DNA of 54,209 bases, counting the filler, from Bipalium vagum (Eukaryota): the NCBI GenBank assembly GCA_037834085.1. It is 3 parts of 3 records of this genome, joined end to end, with 100 filler letters (N's around TTAATTAATTAA, not from the genome) between each part and the next. Parts side by side here need not be neighbours in the genome. Positions count along the whole stretch, not along the records: positions 19,764 to 35,606 come from JBBMKC010142644.1; positions 35,707 to 54,209 come from JBBMKC010027093.1; 1 more part is not named here. One strand, written 5' to 3'. A program made the position numbers and the translations under genes. Within the stretch, counting starts at the first letter, position 1; each line of letters starts with the position of its first letter. The notes under the pieces are model-generated. The model was not told the origin of the DNA. It did not search any database and saw nothing but the letters and a program-made list of their open reading frames with translations. This document shows positions 30,437 through 42,940 of the stretch, piece after piece.

Positions 30437-32910
30437 TCAGAAATCTTTGTCCTCCAAATAATTGTAACTGAACGTGAAATTCTCCTTCTTCTGGCGACTC
30501 ATTGATTCGAAATCATAAAAGATGTACGTGCCCGATTCGGAATTGTCTGTGATCTGCTTCGGTTCCTCGTGGCGCTGGAACCAGCACATGTGGCCCGTGT
30601 GGAACCGCCACGACATTCGCTTTAGCGCCTTGGCGGCCAGATATTGGGCCTTGGTGCCCTCGAAGTAGTAGAAGATAAAGAAGAGCGTCTCCGAATCGAG
30701 TCGCATATAGTACTCCTCAGTATCGCTACCCGGAATCGGGTCCTTGGGGAAGTAGTCGGGAATCTGGGTCTCATTCTTGTAAATAATGAGCCGGGCCTTC
30801 TCTGAGTCCGATGTCAACGGCAACTTCATTCGTCCGTGCTCCATGGCAGAAATTTGGTTGTTATAGTAATCATTGTTCTGGAATTGGTGATTTCGGAATG
30901 GGGACATTGCGTCGCCAGGCTCGAGAATCATGTCGATCGTGTTGTCTTTTGTGTTAATTGACGGATTCGTGTTCGGCGTGGACAACAGTGGCGGAATACC
31001 GGCAGCTGCGGCGGCGGCATGATCTACCAACATATTGGAAATCGAAGATCGATGTGAGACATACTGGTGCGATATGGTGTCGTTTTGAGAGGGAATCATC
31101 AAATTGTTTTGCTGCTGTTGCTGCTGCAACTCAAAATAGGACGCAGGCACCGATGAGGATGCCACCGCTGCCGCAACCGATGTCGACGACTGTTGCTGCG
31201 GTGGCTGTTGAAGACCGCCACCTTGGGACGGACCAATCATGTCCAACATATTCTGAACGAGCGGTGCCGATGATAATTGATTGAGATTCGTCGATTCTAC
31301 GATTTTCGACGGTTTATTGATCGGTACTGATTTCAGGATCGGCTCGTGATTGGCTGAGAACGTTATGTAATTACCGGGCGAACTTGACACTACTGAGAAC
31401 CCTCCTGTTCCACCCGTCCCTACTCCTCCAATCCCAGGTCCTACTGCTGTTCCGTCTGACAGTCCAACGGTGCTTTTGATCACCTGATCGGCGATTACAT
31501 AACTCTCTTTCATGATCGACGATGACGGCGGATCTATGATGTTGGAAACAGTCTCGAATTCGGGAGGCGTGTTGGCAATGACTGTCTGCTGACAGGACGC
31601 AAGCAAATTTAATGATGGTGACGCCGCCGTGGTTGTATCCAATGAAGACAATGATGGTTCTTTGATCGAAGAATCACTGACGTTGTGAATCGATAGATAA
31701 TCAGACCCGTCTAACTGAGAGATGCAGCAATTCTTGATCGGTGTCGATGTGACGGTGATCGAGGACGGCGACTTCAAAGCCTTACCACCGTTGTCGCTGG
31801 TGAGGGTCAGTAACGACTCAAGGTTCTGTTTGGACGATGATATCACTGGTACAGACACGACTGGCGGCTTAATCAATTTGGGGACGAGTTTTTCTTTCGG
31901 TGTTTTATCGATCTGTGGTTTTTGAGACGAGTTTACATCGTCTAACACCACTGGATTGATTTCCGGCAACATTTCCATAGCGTTTTCTTTCTTGTCGAAA
32001 TACGATGAAGATTGAGATACTATGTAACCCAGAGATGTGTCGCCACCAACTATCGATCCGGCAGGAACATTGGACAGAACAGACAGGTCCAGTTTTCCAG
32101 CCGATGAGTCCAAATCGGCAGCCATGGAAATGTCGGCCGACAATTCGTCTAGATTTAAATCGTCGTAGATAAACAGACCCTGATCGCTCTTGTATAGTTC
32201 CGAATCTGGATTGTTAATGAATTCCTCAAAGCTATACCGAAAGTCTTTGACTTTGTCAAGCTCGATTTTGTCGTTGTCCAATAATCTCATCAAAGTTTCC
32301 TGTTTTGATAAATGGCTTTTAAACATACCGAGCTTTTGAGTCAGATCACTAAGCTTGTCCTTTTCGGCATTTCGTTTCTTTTTAATTGGCATGAGCTTCA
32401 ATATGTCAAAATCACAAACTTCAATATTTTTCGACAATTTCGATATTTGCAGTTTTAACCATTCTAAATGATCCTCTTTTTCTTTTTGCATGGGATCCTT
32501 TTTTGTTTCTATATACAAACCTTCTTTGGAATAAGCTTTGGTCTTTGTTTCTTTTTCAATAACTTTAAATCGTTCCATATCGTATTCAATTAGTTTTCTC
32601 ATGTCAATCAATTGGGTTTTGTCTTTTACATCTGGAGAAGCTAACCATGTTTTGATGTTATCTCGAAATCTCTGTAATTTCTTAATTTCCTTCTTTAAAT
32701 CTGCTTCGTGTTTTTCTTTTTGAGCATGATTGTTTGATGATTCAAATTTTTCTAGAGTTTCCTATTTGAATAAAAAAATTTATAATTTTTCCTTTTTAAA
32801 CTATTATTATTCATTATAAATAAATTAAATACCTTAAATAATGTTCGACCTTCATTCACCTTTTTTAAAGTTCTATCTATCTCTCCTTGCAAACGCCGTT
32901 TTTCAGCCAT
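30437..32910 (-). CDS. CNOT3: CCR4-NOT complex subunit 3 (NOT3/NOT5 family), about 800 aa
   Basis: Exon 1 32910-32833 (MAEKRRLQGEIDRTLKKVNEG), a 71-nt GT-AG intron, and exon 2 32761-30437. Not3 N-domain QKEKHEADLKKEIKKLQRFRDNIKTW...MERFKVIEKETKTKAYSKEGL and C-terminal NOT box ETLFFIFYYFEGTKAQYLAAKALKRMSWRFH. Confidence 0.97.
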
Positions 32911-33576
32911 TAAATTTCATAAATAATATAATTTGAAAAAGGTGCTAAAATGTAATAAACTAAAACAATTCCAGAATTAATAATAATTAATTATCACTAT
33001 TTTATTTAATATTTTATTTTGTAGTTATTTTATAATAGTCATTTAAATTTAATTAAAATTATAAAAAGACTTGAAAGAATTTAATATTCTAGTGAACTTT
33101 TTTTATTCAAAAATTTATTGCTTAACATTAACAAATTAATACTTAATGTGCTGCTTTTACATTAATTTGAGCTATACAAGTTTTTTTGCTTATCTTTAAA
33201 AATTAATGGAAAAAAATTTATTAAGAATTATCATTAATTTTTATTAAATTTTTTAATTTATAGTTTAAATGATTTCAAAATTAAAAAGGAACACTTACTT
33301 GGAAATTTTAAAATTTTTATTAATAATAATAATAAAAAAGAAAATTACCTCATTAATGTTATAATGCTTAAACTAAACCAAATTTTGCTATTTTAAATAA
33401 TAAAAAAATTCGATAAGCTATTTTACATTAAACATAAAATAAGTAATCTCTTTATTCTTGCTGATGCTAATCTATCGATCAGAAATTCAGAATATCATAA
33501 GTATCACGAGTATCACGAGTATCTTTGATCTACATTTTGTGTTTTCCCAATTATCAAATGAATAAAAACTGATTAA

Positions 33577-34760
33577 ATGAAAATTCAACTCGGTGTTTTT
33601 GATCATTTGCTATCGGAAGAAGTTTCTACATTATGGAAAATTTTAAAAAGGAAACTACGAAGAAAGAATTGGCGAGAAATTAGTTCAAGTAAAGATATGA
33701 TGAAAAAATCATTTATAGAGATTATGATAGAGCTAGCAGAAGTAAAGAAAAACGCAGATGAAAGGTTCATAACATTCGAGATTCAGTCAGTAACCTCTTA
33801 ATTCTGGATTATCATGGAAGAAAATGTTACAGATTTCCTACTAAAGAGGAAAAGAAAAAATGAATCCAAAGAAGCATTCATGACAAAATCGGATATTAGA
33901 GTAGTAGATACCAGCAGATGTTTTCCAAAACTATATGAATAGGAAACAGAAAAGGTTTGAGAAGGAACGGTGCAAGTAAAGGCAGTGCAACATCAGAATT
34001 ATGCAGGGATGGCTTAGGGTGGACCATATCAAGACGATCGAATATCTTCTGAATATCTGAACTCAAAACCAATTAGAACACCATGGTCGGATCATTATCG
34101 CAATTGGAATAGGAGAATCTCATGATGCTCACCACCCTGATGTCCGAGATGCTAGACCGAGTAGACATGAAGCAGCGTTTTAAATAAAACAAATTGTTAG
34201 ACAACTCTATAATAGATGTATGGGTTTACGACCACCAAGAAACGAACGGCTTCGACAAGGTCAGTGTTCTGTTGTGGTAGTGTAGAACATTTAGGAATGC
34301 ACTGTTCATTGCAGAATGTATGCTTAATATATGGGAAGCACGAACATCATTTTCAGTTTTGAAAGCCTATCAGAAGATATAGTGTAAACCGGCATTGTGT
34401 ATTCATGAATAGATTGATGGAATATACCAATATGAAATTTTACGACACAGACGATAATATACAAAAAACATTGCAGACTTGATTGCTCGCATTTTGTTTG
34501 TGAGTTCCAGTCAATAACTCTGATTAGAAATCGAAATGTAAAAGATATGCAAAAGTTTAAGACAAATTATGGTAGACAGTAAAGTTGGATGGACAATTGT
34601 TTGAGATGGTATGGGATTCTGGTGCTTAGGTTACCGTGTCGAGTCAGGAATGCTGGAAGATAAGAATTTCGGAACTGTCTTCGAGTAAATTGTTGTTTAG
34701 CGGTGTCTTCTCGACATGATATGAAAAACCATTTGGGAAGGAAAAAAAGGTCATCGAGAA
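33577..34760 (+). mobile_element. Ty3/Gypsy gag-protease remnant
   Basis: Two degenerate CCHC knuckles near 34265-34360 (FCCGSVEHLGMHC and CLIYGKHEHHFQF). Aspartic protease motif VKLDGQLFEMVWDSGA*VTV near 34580-34640. Many stops. Confidence 0.75.
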
Positions 34761-35531
34761 TTTGAAATTGAAGAAATGTTAGACAGGAAAGAACCTCAGA
34801 ATTGAAGGAACGATTTCAAGTATGAGAGTCATTACCAAATCAAGAAATCTATATCTCCATATCAAATAGAATTGAAGAATCAGAACGGAACGAAAACAAG
34901 AAGAATTGAATGGTTAAAAATGGCAGCAATCTTAAGCAAAGAGGAAGTTAGAGACTATAATATTTTTGTTTAGATAAATACTTTTTGAAACTGAAATTCG
35001 TTTTATTAATGAATATGAAGGAAGATATAACTAATAACTAACATCTTTGCTAGTTAATTATGTTTATAATTAAATCTTTCCTTATTGTTAGTTCTTTAAC
35101 TTTTAACCGTAAAGTTAACAATAAAATGTAAAATACAGCCTGACTCTTACTATTAGTTAGTGTAGAAAAAATTGAATGAAAAGTAATCTTCATTATTAAT
35201 ACGATACAAGACCATCTATTTCACAATTAAATAACTTTATAATCAGTGTTAATAAAATACACACTTTAAGTCTCGTCTCATTAATTAATAAGTAATCGCA
35301 ATAAATAAAACTGATTGGTTTCCGAAGACAATGAACTAAGAGCAAATAGAATTGAACAAATTATTTGTACTGATAATGGTAATAAAATACAATAAAGTTA
35401 ATTATTAAGAAAATATTTTAAAATTAATGAATAAAACAAAATTAACACCACTCATCAACACGATATACAACCAATTCTTGGACATTCAGCTAGAAACCCT
35501 GCTGTTGTCTATAGATAACCAAGATCTACAT

Positions 35532-35606
35532 CAGTGGTTCTCAACCTTTTTCGGTTCATGGACCATTTTTTCTTCAAAAAACTCCCATGGACCACTCATA
35601 CTTTTA
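35532..35606 (+). mobile_element. hAT (Charlie/Buster-like) terminus, cut by the assembly gap
   Basis: CAGTGGTTCTCAACCTTTTT...CATGGACCA is the typical hAT-Charlie end. The sequence then runs into the N gap. Confidence 0.65.
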
Positions 35607-35706
35607 NNNNNNNNNNNNNNNNNNNNNNNNNNNNNNNNNNNNNNNNNNNNTTAATTAATTAANNNNNNNNNNNNNNNNNNNNNNNNNNNNNNNNNNNNNN
35701 NNNNNN
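35607..35706. other. Assembly gap (44 N + TTAATTAATTAA + 44 N)
   Basis: N run with a central stop linker. Confidence 0.97.
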
Positions 35707-36404
35707 ATAAATTTAAAATAATATAACTTGTCTTATAATTAAGATAAAGTAACATCTAATAATATTATTTATTTATTTAATAAAATTTTATTGGAGTTTT
35801 CATCTAAAGCAACCTTTCAATTAATTAAATTTTGATTTATATCGCATATCGGAATTTTTTTGTAATCAAAACAAAATCCATTATAAACAAGATAAATAAA
35901 TACTCAGGCCAGGACCTGAGAATCATATAATTTTTTATTCTCCCATTTCTTTTTCTGTTTTTGTTTTTGTTCTTTACTCACACGCTAAGTATGGCGGTGA
36001 GTTAAATTGTTTTTCTTATATTAAGGACCTCTGAGCCTAAGAGCGAGAGGGCTTTTTAACTCTAAAATAAAACTTAACGCGAAATAAGAAAAAATACTAA
36101 AATCCACCAAGGACGATCACTCGCATTTGTAAAATCAATTTTTTGATATAAAATATAATTTTGAAAAACTCGAATTTGATTTAGTCATTTTTATTTGACT
36201 TAAACCTTTTTATTATTATAAACGTTTTAACAATAATAATATAAAGCAATCTCGCCGTTAAGACCTAATAAACATTATTTTAAGCTCAACCTCCCATAAC
36301 TATATTAGGATCTTAACATTATTACTAATAACTTATTTAACATTTTTGGAATTAAATGATCAACATTATAATGACCGGCTTAATTAGCAAAATGTTTTTT
36401 AATA

Positions 36405-37590
36405 TTAGGCTGTTCAGAAAGTTTTGAACCCTTTTTATTTATATACATTAAAATTATAAATATTTCAAATAACTTATTTAAAGATTATTTGATATTATAT
36501 AACATTTAAAAGCTCTCTTTAAAGTATTAATCTGTTTTGCTTTAAAATTAAAATTTGATACCCTTTTTCCCATTTTAATGTAGGATATCTAGCCGGTATT
36601 TGCATTAAACTAATTTTCATGAATTTCAGAACGGTAAAAAAGCAATTGAAACTACTTGAAAATTTTATGAAGTTTGGGGTCATAGTATTGTAAATCAGTC
36701 AGCACTACGACATTTTTATCAGATATCTCGTAATGGAGACTTATCCCTTGAAGATGCGAGACGAATTGGCCGTCTTTCCAAACTTAATAATAAAGATTTA
36801 AAAGCTCTAATGGAAGAGAATACGGGAACAACAATAAGATAACTTGCCAAAAGTCTAATAGTCAGTATTGGAACCGTTTCCAGTCATATGAAGCAAATAG
36901 GCAAGACAAAGAAGCTGAACACTTGGGTGCCCCATGAGCTAACTATAAAAATAAGTCCTATGGGATATATTCAGAACGCATTTTGCTGATGACAAATGAG
37001 CCATTTCTTGATCGTCTGATTAGTTGTGATGAAAAATGGTTTCTATCAAACAATTTTAAAATTTCAGCACAGTGGTTAGACATCTAGAATGTATAAAGTC
37101 CTTTCCAAAACCGAGTCGACACGAAAAGAAAATTATGGTTATGGTATGGTGGTGTTTAAAAGGAATGATTCATTACAAATAACTGAAAAAGAGGGAAATG
37201 ATAAAAGCTGTCTAGAAATTGATGTTATGCAAGAAAATTTGAAAAGAATGTACCCAGCATTGATCAATAGTAAAGGCCTAATTCTATTGCATGACAATGC
37301 CCGGCGCACATAGCAAAGTAAACCATGGATAACCTGAGAAGCCTAAATTATGAAATTCAGCCAGATCCACCGTACTTGGCCGATATTTTCGCCAACTAAT
37401 TTCCATTTATTCAAAAATTTACTAAATTATTTGAATAGAAAAGATTTCAAATCAAAGAGATGTTAAAAAGGGAATTTGAACACTTCATTGCCTCTATGTC
37501 TACCGAATTCTACTATATGAGAATGGAAAATATATCAATTTGTGGACAAAAGGGTATAAACTCTAATGGTTGTTATTTTAATCAATAAAC
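36405..37590 (+). mobile_element. mariner (DD34D) element, pseudogenised; same family as 3721-4770
   Basis: Left end TA|TTAGGCTGTTCAGAAA. Peptides NGDLSLEDARRIGR, KLNTWVPHELT, RLISCDEKW, LLHDNARRT and PPYLAD. The 5' noncoding region is colinear with the reverse complement of 4600-4770. Confidence 0.92.
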
Positions 37591-39938
37591 ATTTTGTTTC
37601 GGCTGACTTTTGGTGTTTTTAAAAGATATATTTTACATCAAGTTTTATTGTTTCTTGATCAATTCTGTTTATTGGAATAGAATCTTGTTTAAAAATTGAG
37701 GGAATATTTAATTTTCTTATTTCATTATAATTGTATAATTCATTATAGTTTTCTAAACTTTTATCAATATGCAATCCAGGCTCGGTTAATTGGTGCAGTG
37801 TTTGTTTTGTTAAAAGGAATTAAAGATTTTAAATGTAATTTACCTGGATATTTTCCAGTTGTAAATTTAATTAAAATGTCTTATTTGTAATAGTCGACTG
37901 TAAATCTCCTCCTTTTCAAAAAAAACTTTGATATTTTTTTGACTTATTGTTCTTCTGTTGTACTTTTTAATATTTGCTCTTTTTTATCGTTTTTTTCTTT
38001 TATCTCCTGTTTTAGTTTATTGTTATCGTTGTCTTTATTTTTTCATGGTTGATTGTATCTTCATGATGACTTTTTTTAGAGATAAATTTTTTACAAAATT
38101 CAATATACCATTTTTTATCCATGTTTTATGAAAATAAATTGATTAAGGAATATAAATGATCTAATTATGTAATAGAAAAAATGGTCTACTGTAGATCACA
38201 CCCAGCCATAGATCATTATAAAATTTATGATTGAATGTTGTGTCCACTAGCCATTTTTACTCTATTCAGAACCAACTTCTAAGAGTCCGAGTAGGCCTAA
38301 CATATATAGTTTCATTTTCAGTTCTTAAGGAATATTATTGAGAGATTCAGGGCTAATATTTTTAATTGAAAACTACGTACCTGGTTGATTCAATAAAACT
38401 CATTTGTAAAGCCTATGAAACAAGATTTTGATTTTTCAAATTGTTGAAAGCTGACCAGATAGTTTTGCATCAAAAAATCTACTTATTTTCTCAAACTTAT
38501 GATATATTTAATAAATTGTCAATTGAGTGGAAAGAGGTGTTTCTAATTTTGCATTCAACATGCTAATCATTGTTTGTGTGTTATCATATTTTCAGTAAGA
38601 TTTTACAAAAAATTTCTCTCATTTAATATCAGCTTTCGTGGATTGGTCACTTTATTTGCAGCTTTGATGAATTAATATATTTTAAAAATCTATGAAAATA
38701 GTAGCAATCATTCAGTCCCAGAATGAGTGACCTCCAGGAATTCATTGCACACTGAAATACATGAAAAGTAATTAGAAATTTATCATCTATGCTCAGACCC
38801 AGTTCAACAGAAATGTAACCACTTATAATCCTGTTTCGATTGAAAATATTCTGATGATTTAATCACGCAGATGCCCTTGTAAACTATGATTCAGCGAGTA
38901 TATTCTGAAGAGAATTTCGCTATGGTATAATATCTCCCCCGTTTTTTGATTGGCTGTAATTTTTCAATTTTCATATTTATTATTAATTTTCAATATTTCG
39001 ATTTTTCAGATTGTAATTTTCCGATTTAATAATTTTAAAATTAACAATAAATAATTAAGTATTTTATATTAATCTAACGTATGAAAATTAAGTTTATCAA
39101 GGTTTATAATTTTATATTACGCATAACATTTTATTAAATTAATTAATTTTTAAAATAATCTTATATTTAGATTCCTAAGATGATTCCCTATGTAACGGTA
39201 TAGTGAAAATTTTGATAGCTGGCTGGGGAGATGCTGTACCGTTATCGAGAATTTTGTTCTGGAAACGGTTCCAGAAATGACCATCACCTTTGAAGATGAA
39301 GTCATGATCCCGATCAAACCAACCAGCTTGATTTATTGAATGTAATCAATCTACGTGATAATTTGGATCGTGTCTCTACAAATATTAACAGTTTTTATGA
39401 CCCCAACCCTAATATTAATTCTATAATATTACCCTTATTACCCTATTGCTTAATAGACTGACATTCAAAATTAAGGTAATATGATTTTGATACTAAAAAT
39501 ATGTTTAACACTTTGAATAAACATAAAATATGCTCTTTTTTTTAAACAAGTAAACAAATTTCAGATTGTTACATTATTACTTACACTTTAATTTTACTTA
39601 TAAGTTTAAGATATTACTATATTTATTATATTTAATTAAAATGAACTACTTTTATTTACTCTGGAGTCTGAATTGTAAATAAAATGTTTACTACTTAATT
39701 TATATTTCAAAGTTTGATTAATTTAAAAAATACTGAATATCTCATAACTCTTTTAAATTGAGCTTCAATTTAAATATATTTTAAATTTAATAAAAATTCA
39801 ATTAGAAAAATATCTAATGAATATAGATAACAAATATAATTTGCATGAATAATTTATTAATTACAATTAATGTTTAAAAATTTCAGTTGTTTAAATTCAT
39901 ACTTGTAATTTTTTTTTAAACTCTTTCTATTCAGCAAA

Positions 39939-40879
39939 ATGACTTCGATAGGAACAGGAGTAATAATATTTTTACTTATGAAAATTTATTGATATAATTA
40001 GTACGATTTGTCAGCTTCTCAGTTTTCTCCCGAAGGAAAGGTATTTCAAATTGAATATGCATTCAAGGCAGTTGAAAATAGCGGGTAATATTTATTCTTT
40101 TCAAATCACTTAAATAAACTTATCACAGAACTGCTATTGCAATTAAAGCAAAAGATGGGATTGTGTTTGCTGTCGAGAATATAGTAACATCTAAGCTTTA
40201 CGAACCAGCTTCAAATAAAAGAATATTCAACATTGATTCTCATATTGGAATGTGCATTGCAGGACTTCTGGCAGATGCGAAACATTTGGTGGAAAAGGCA
40301 CGTGATGAATGCGCGTACTACAGAAAAAGTACTGGTGAACCAATTCCTCTTTTTAGCCTTACTGAACGCTTATCTCAATACATCCATATGTATACATTGT
40401 ACAGTGCCGTGAGACCGTTTGGCGTATCCGTTATGCTTTGCTCTATGGAAAAAAACGGTCCAAATCTTTACATGATTGACCCGTCCGGTCTTTATTACGT
40501 ATGAATTATAATTAATCAAATTGTATCATAAATTATTTTTAATCTTTAAGTCGTACACAGGGTGTGCTATTGGGAAGGCCAAACAGAATGCAAAAACTGA
40601 AATCGAAAAGATGGACGTATCGAAATTGTCTTGTAAAGATCTGCTTAAAGAAGCCGCTCGAATGTAATCTATATATCAAATATTTGTTGATTTTGTTTTG
40701 TGTTTAGTATTTATGTGGTTCACGATGAGATAAAGGACAAAAACTTCGAATTGGAAATGAGCTGGATCGGAGAATCGACTGGGAACTGCCACCAATTTTT
40801 GGACAACGAGCAGTTGAAAGAGGTCGAATCGTACGCTCAAAAAGCAATCGAGGACGAGGATAGCGAAGACGACTTGTAA
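39939..40879 (+). CDS. PSMA3: 20S proteasome subunit alpha type-3 (alpha7/PRE10), 252 aa
   Basis: Exons 39939-39959, 40002-40084, 40129-40498, 40551-40663 and 40708-40879 (GT-AG introns of 42, 44, 52 and 44 nt) join in frame: [27 protein letters not shown]...YTLYSAVRPFG...GCAIGKAKQNAKTEIEK...IYVVHDEIKDKNFELEMSW, ending in an acidic tail. Confidence 0.98.
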
Positions 40880-41249
40880 CAAGTTGTGATAAATAAATCT
40901 ATGTTTAAAATGTTTTTTAATTTTTGAGAAGGGGTCAGTGTTATTTTGCTGACCTGAATTACCGTTTCGGATATAATAATGGAATAAATTTACTCATTAA
41001 GTTTTATTAATTTATCTATTAGAAATATCATTTTACATTACGTTGAGATTGTCGAGTGTTTTAAACCGTTAAGTAAACAATTTTGTATTATATATAAATT
41101 ATTTAAAGTTTCAAAGATTTTAGTTAAAATCTTAATTTACTAACTGTATTTTATTGTGAGTGAAGCTGATCATTCGGAGTCATCAGTTAGGAAATATGTC
41201 CAGATTCACAATTCTTGATTGTGCAGTTTCTGTTTACGTTTAGCTTAAG

Positions 41250-42183
41250 TTATAAAAGAGTCCCAAGTGTTTTGCATATGTTTGGTGAAACATTTAGTAA
41301 GTTTAGTAAAGTATAACCCAAAAAAGTTAAAGCTAATTCATAATAGCTAGGAACTTCAGAAAATAAAATCTATTTTATATGTAAAGTACATTTTCTTAGT
41401 CAAGTTACTTGTTAAAAGTTAAGTAAGGAATATTAATCTTTGAGTCATTAATGTGCGTTTTAAATTGATTTCGAACAAATTGATCAATAACTAGCATATT
41501 TACTTCTGCACAACTTCCTTGGATTACGAATTTATGAATCGAGAAGCAAAATCCAAAGAGGTCAGACTCTACACACAACTGAATCTTAACACTTAATTGA
41601 TTTAAAGAAAGATGCCTATAATAAATTAATCCTACTGAGTGTCGTGAGTCACATATGAAAATATATCTTAGAACAGGGACAGAATTTGTGAAGATTATGA
41701 TAACCTCGGGTAATTTTGGAGATAATTTTTCTAAGTAAAAATTATGATGTAGAGGCAGTCGTTGATACAATAATGAAAAACCTGTTCAAATTTTAAAATT
41801 AATTTCCAAATTTTATTTTGATCAATATGATATTGAACGTGTTATCTTGTCATAGGAAAAGTGAGACATACAAAAGTAGCCAAAATTATTTGCTATCTAC
41901 AATAAATGATTAAAGTACACTGTCATTCTTTCAAGGAGCCAATAATTATATGAGAAACACTTAAGTGATATCATAAGCTTACTTTTTCAGAACCAGGAAA
42001 GATGATTAGAAATTTGAAATATTTATTGATTATAATTATACAGTCGACTGTGTTTATAACGGATTGTTTCCGACCGGATGTTTTATTCATTGTAAGCAAG
42101 AGTTCGCTGTGATCGATTCTCACAACCAGCAAAATTTGATGAGGTATTATTAATGACATACATCTTTGCATGGATATAGACAC
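41250..42183 (-). CDS. Tentative multi-exon orphan gene convergent with PSMA3, 5' end unresolved
   Basis: Segments about 42183-41983, 41896-41872, 41781-41409 and 41346-41250 are joined in frame by GT-AG introns of 86, 90 and 62 nt (donors GTAAGC, GTATGT, GTAACT). This links the two isolated track ORFs. No homology recognised. Confidence 0.35.
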
Positions 42184-42516
42184 TTAGTAATTTCTAAGTA
42201 TTTTTCCACCAATAAATTTATAAAAAATGATATCACAAGACTTACGAAGAAAATCAAATTAACATTCAAGGTACTGTAAACTATGTCATGAAATAGTGGA
42301 AATGTTAAAGTTTATTCAAACCAAATGTCAAAAGAACTATGATTTGTATTTGCTGCACATTACTTGATTTCATTCATATTAGTGCTCCAGCCATAACTAT
42401 GCTTTGAATCGAAGATACTTCTCAGAACCATAGATGAAGTATCTTTTTCATCTTAATTCCCATTAATATAATTTAGGAATCTAATATAATAAATAAATAA
42501 TATAATATGTGACTAG

Positions 42517-42842
42517 GTTTTTTCCAATTATTCAACTGAAAACATTTCAGATCGAAAAAGAAACTCACGTGAAACTTGTTCATTTGCACTTGTAATGATA
42601 ATAATCACAATTTTATATTACATTCTGCTATTTCTTTAAATTAATCAAATGGGTCAAATAAATCAAATTTTAATATATGGAATTTCACATATTTAAAAAG
42701 AAGGTACAGGTTACTTCAAGGAAAATTTGAGTACACTGTAATATAAAATTGTGATTATCATCATTACAAGTGCAAATGAACAAGTTTCACCTGAGTTTCT
42801 TTTTCGATCTGAAATATTTTCAGTTGAATAATTGGAAAAAAC
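42517..42842. repeat. Foldback inverted repeat: 106-bp arms, 114-bp spacer
   Basis: 42517-42622 is the reverse complement of 42737-42842, with 3 mismatches counted by eye. Confidence 0.93.
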
Positions 42843-42940
42843 TGAGTATCGAAACTGTATCTAATAATTCTAAAGAATGAATATTTATTTTTAAAAGTTT
42901 AAATAAATATATTTCGCAATCTGATTCACAAGCTAATCTT

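Noticed and set aside
30958-32723. Plus-strand ORFs overlapping CNOT3
   Set aside because: Antisense shadows of a GC-rich CDS, with no motifs.
38100-39400. Moderately complex sequence that may be a decayed TE coding region
   Set aside because: All frames are interrupted and I could not recognise a diagnostic motif.
41165-41195. CTGATGA...GAA on the minus strand as a Penelope-type hammerhead ribozyme
   Set aside because: It is followed by GAAT and not GAAA, and stems I-III cannot be formed convincingly.
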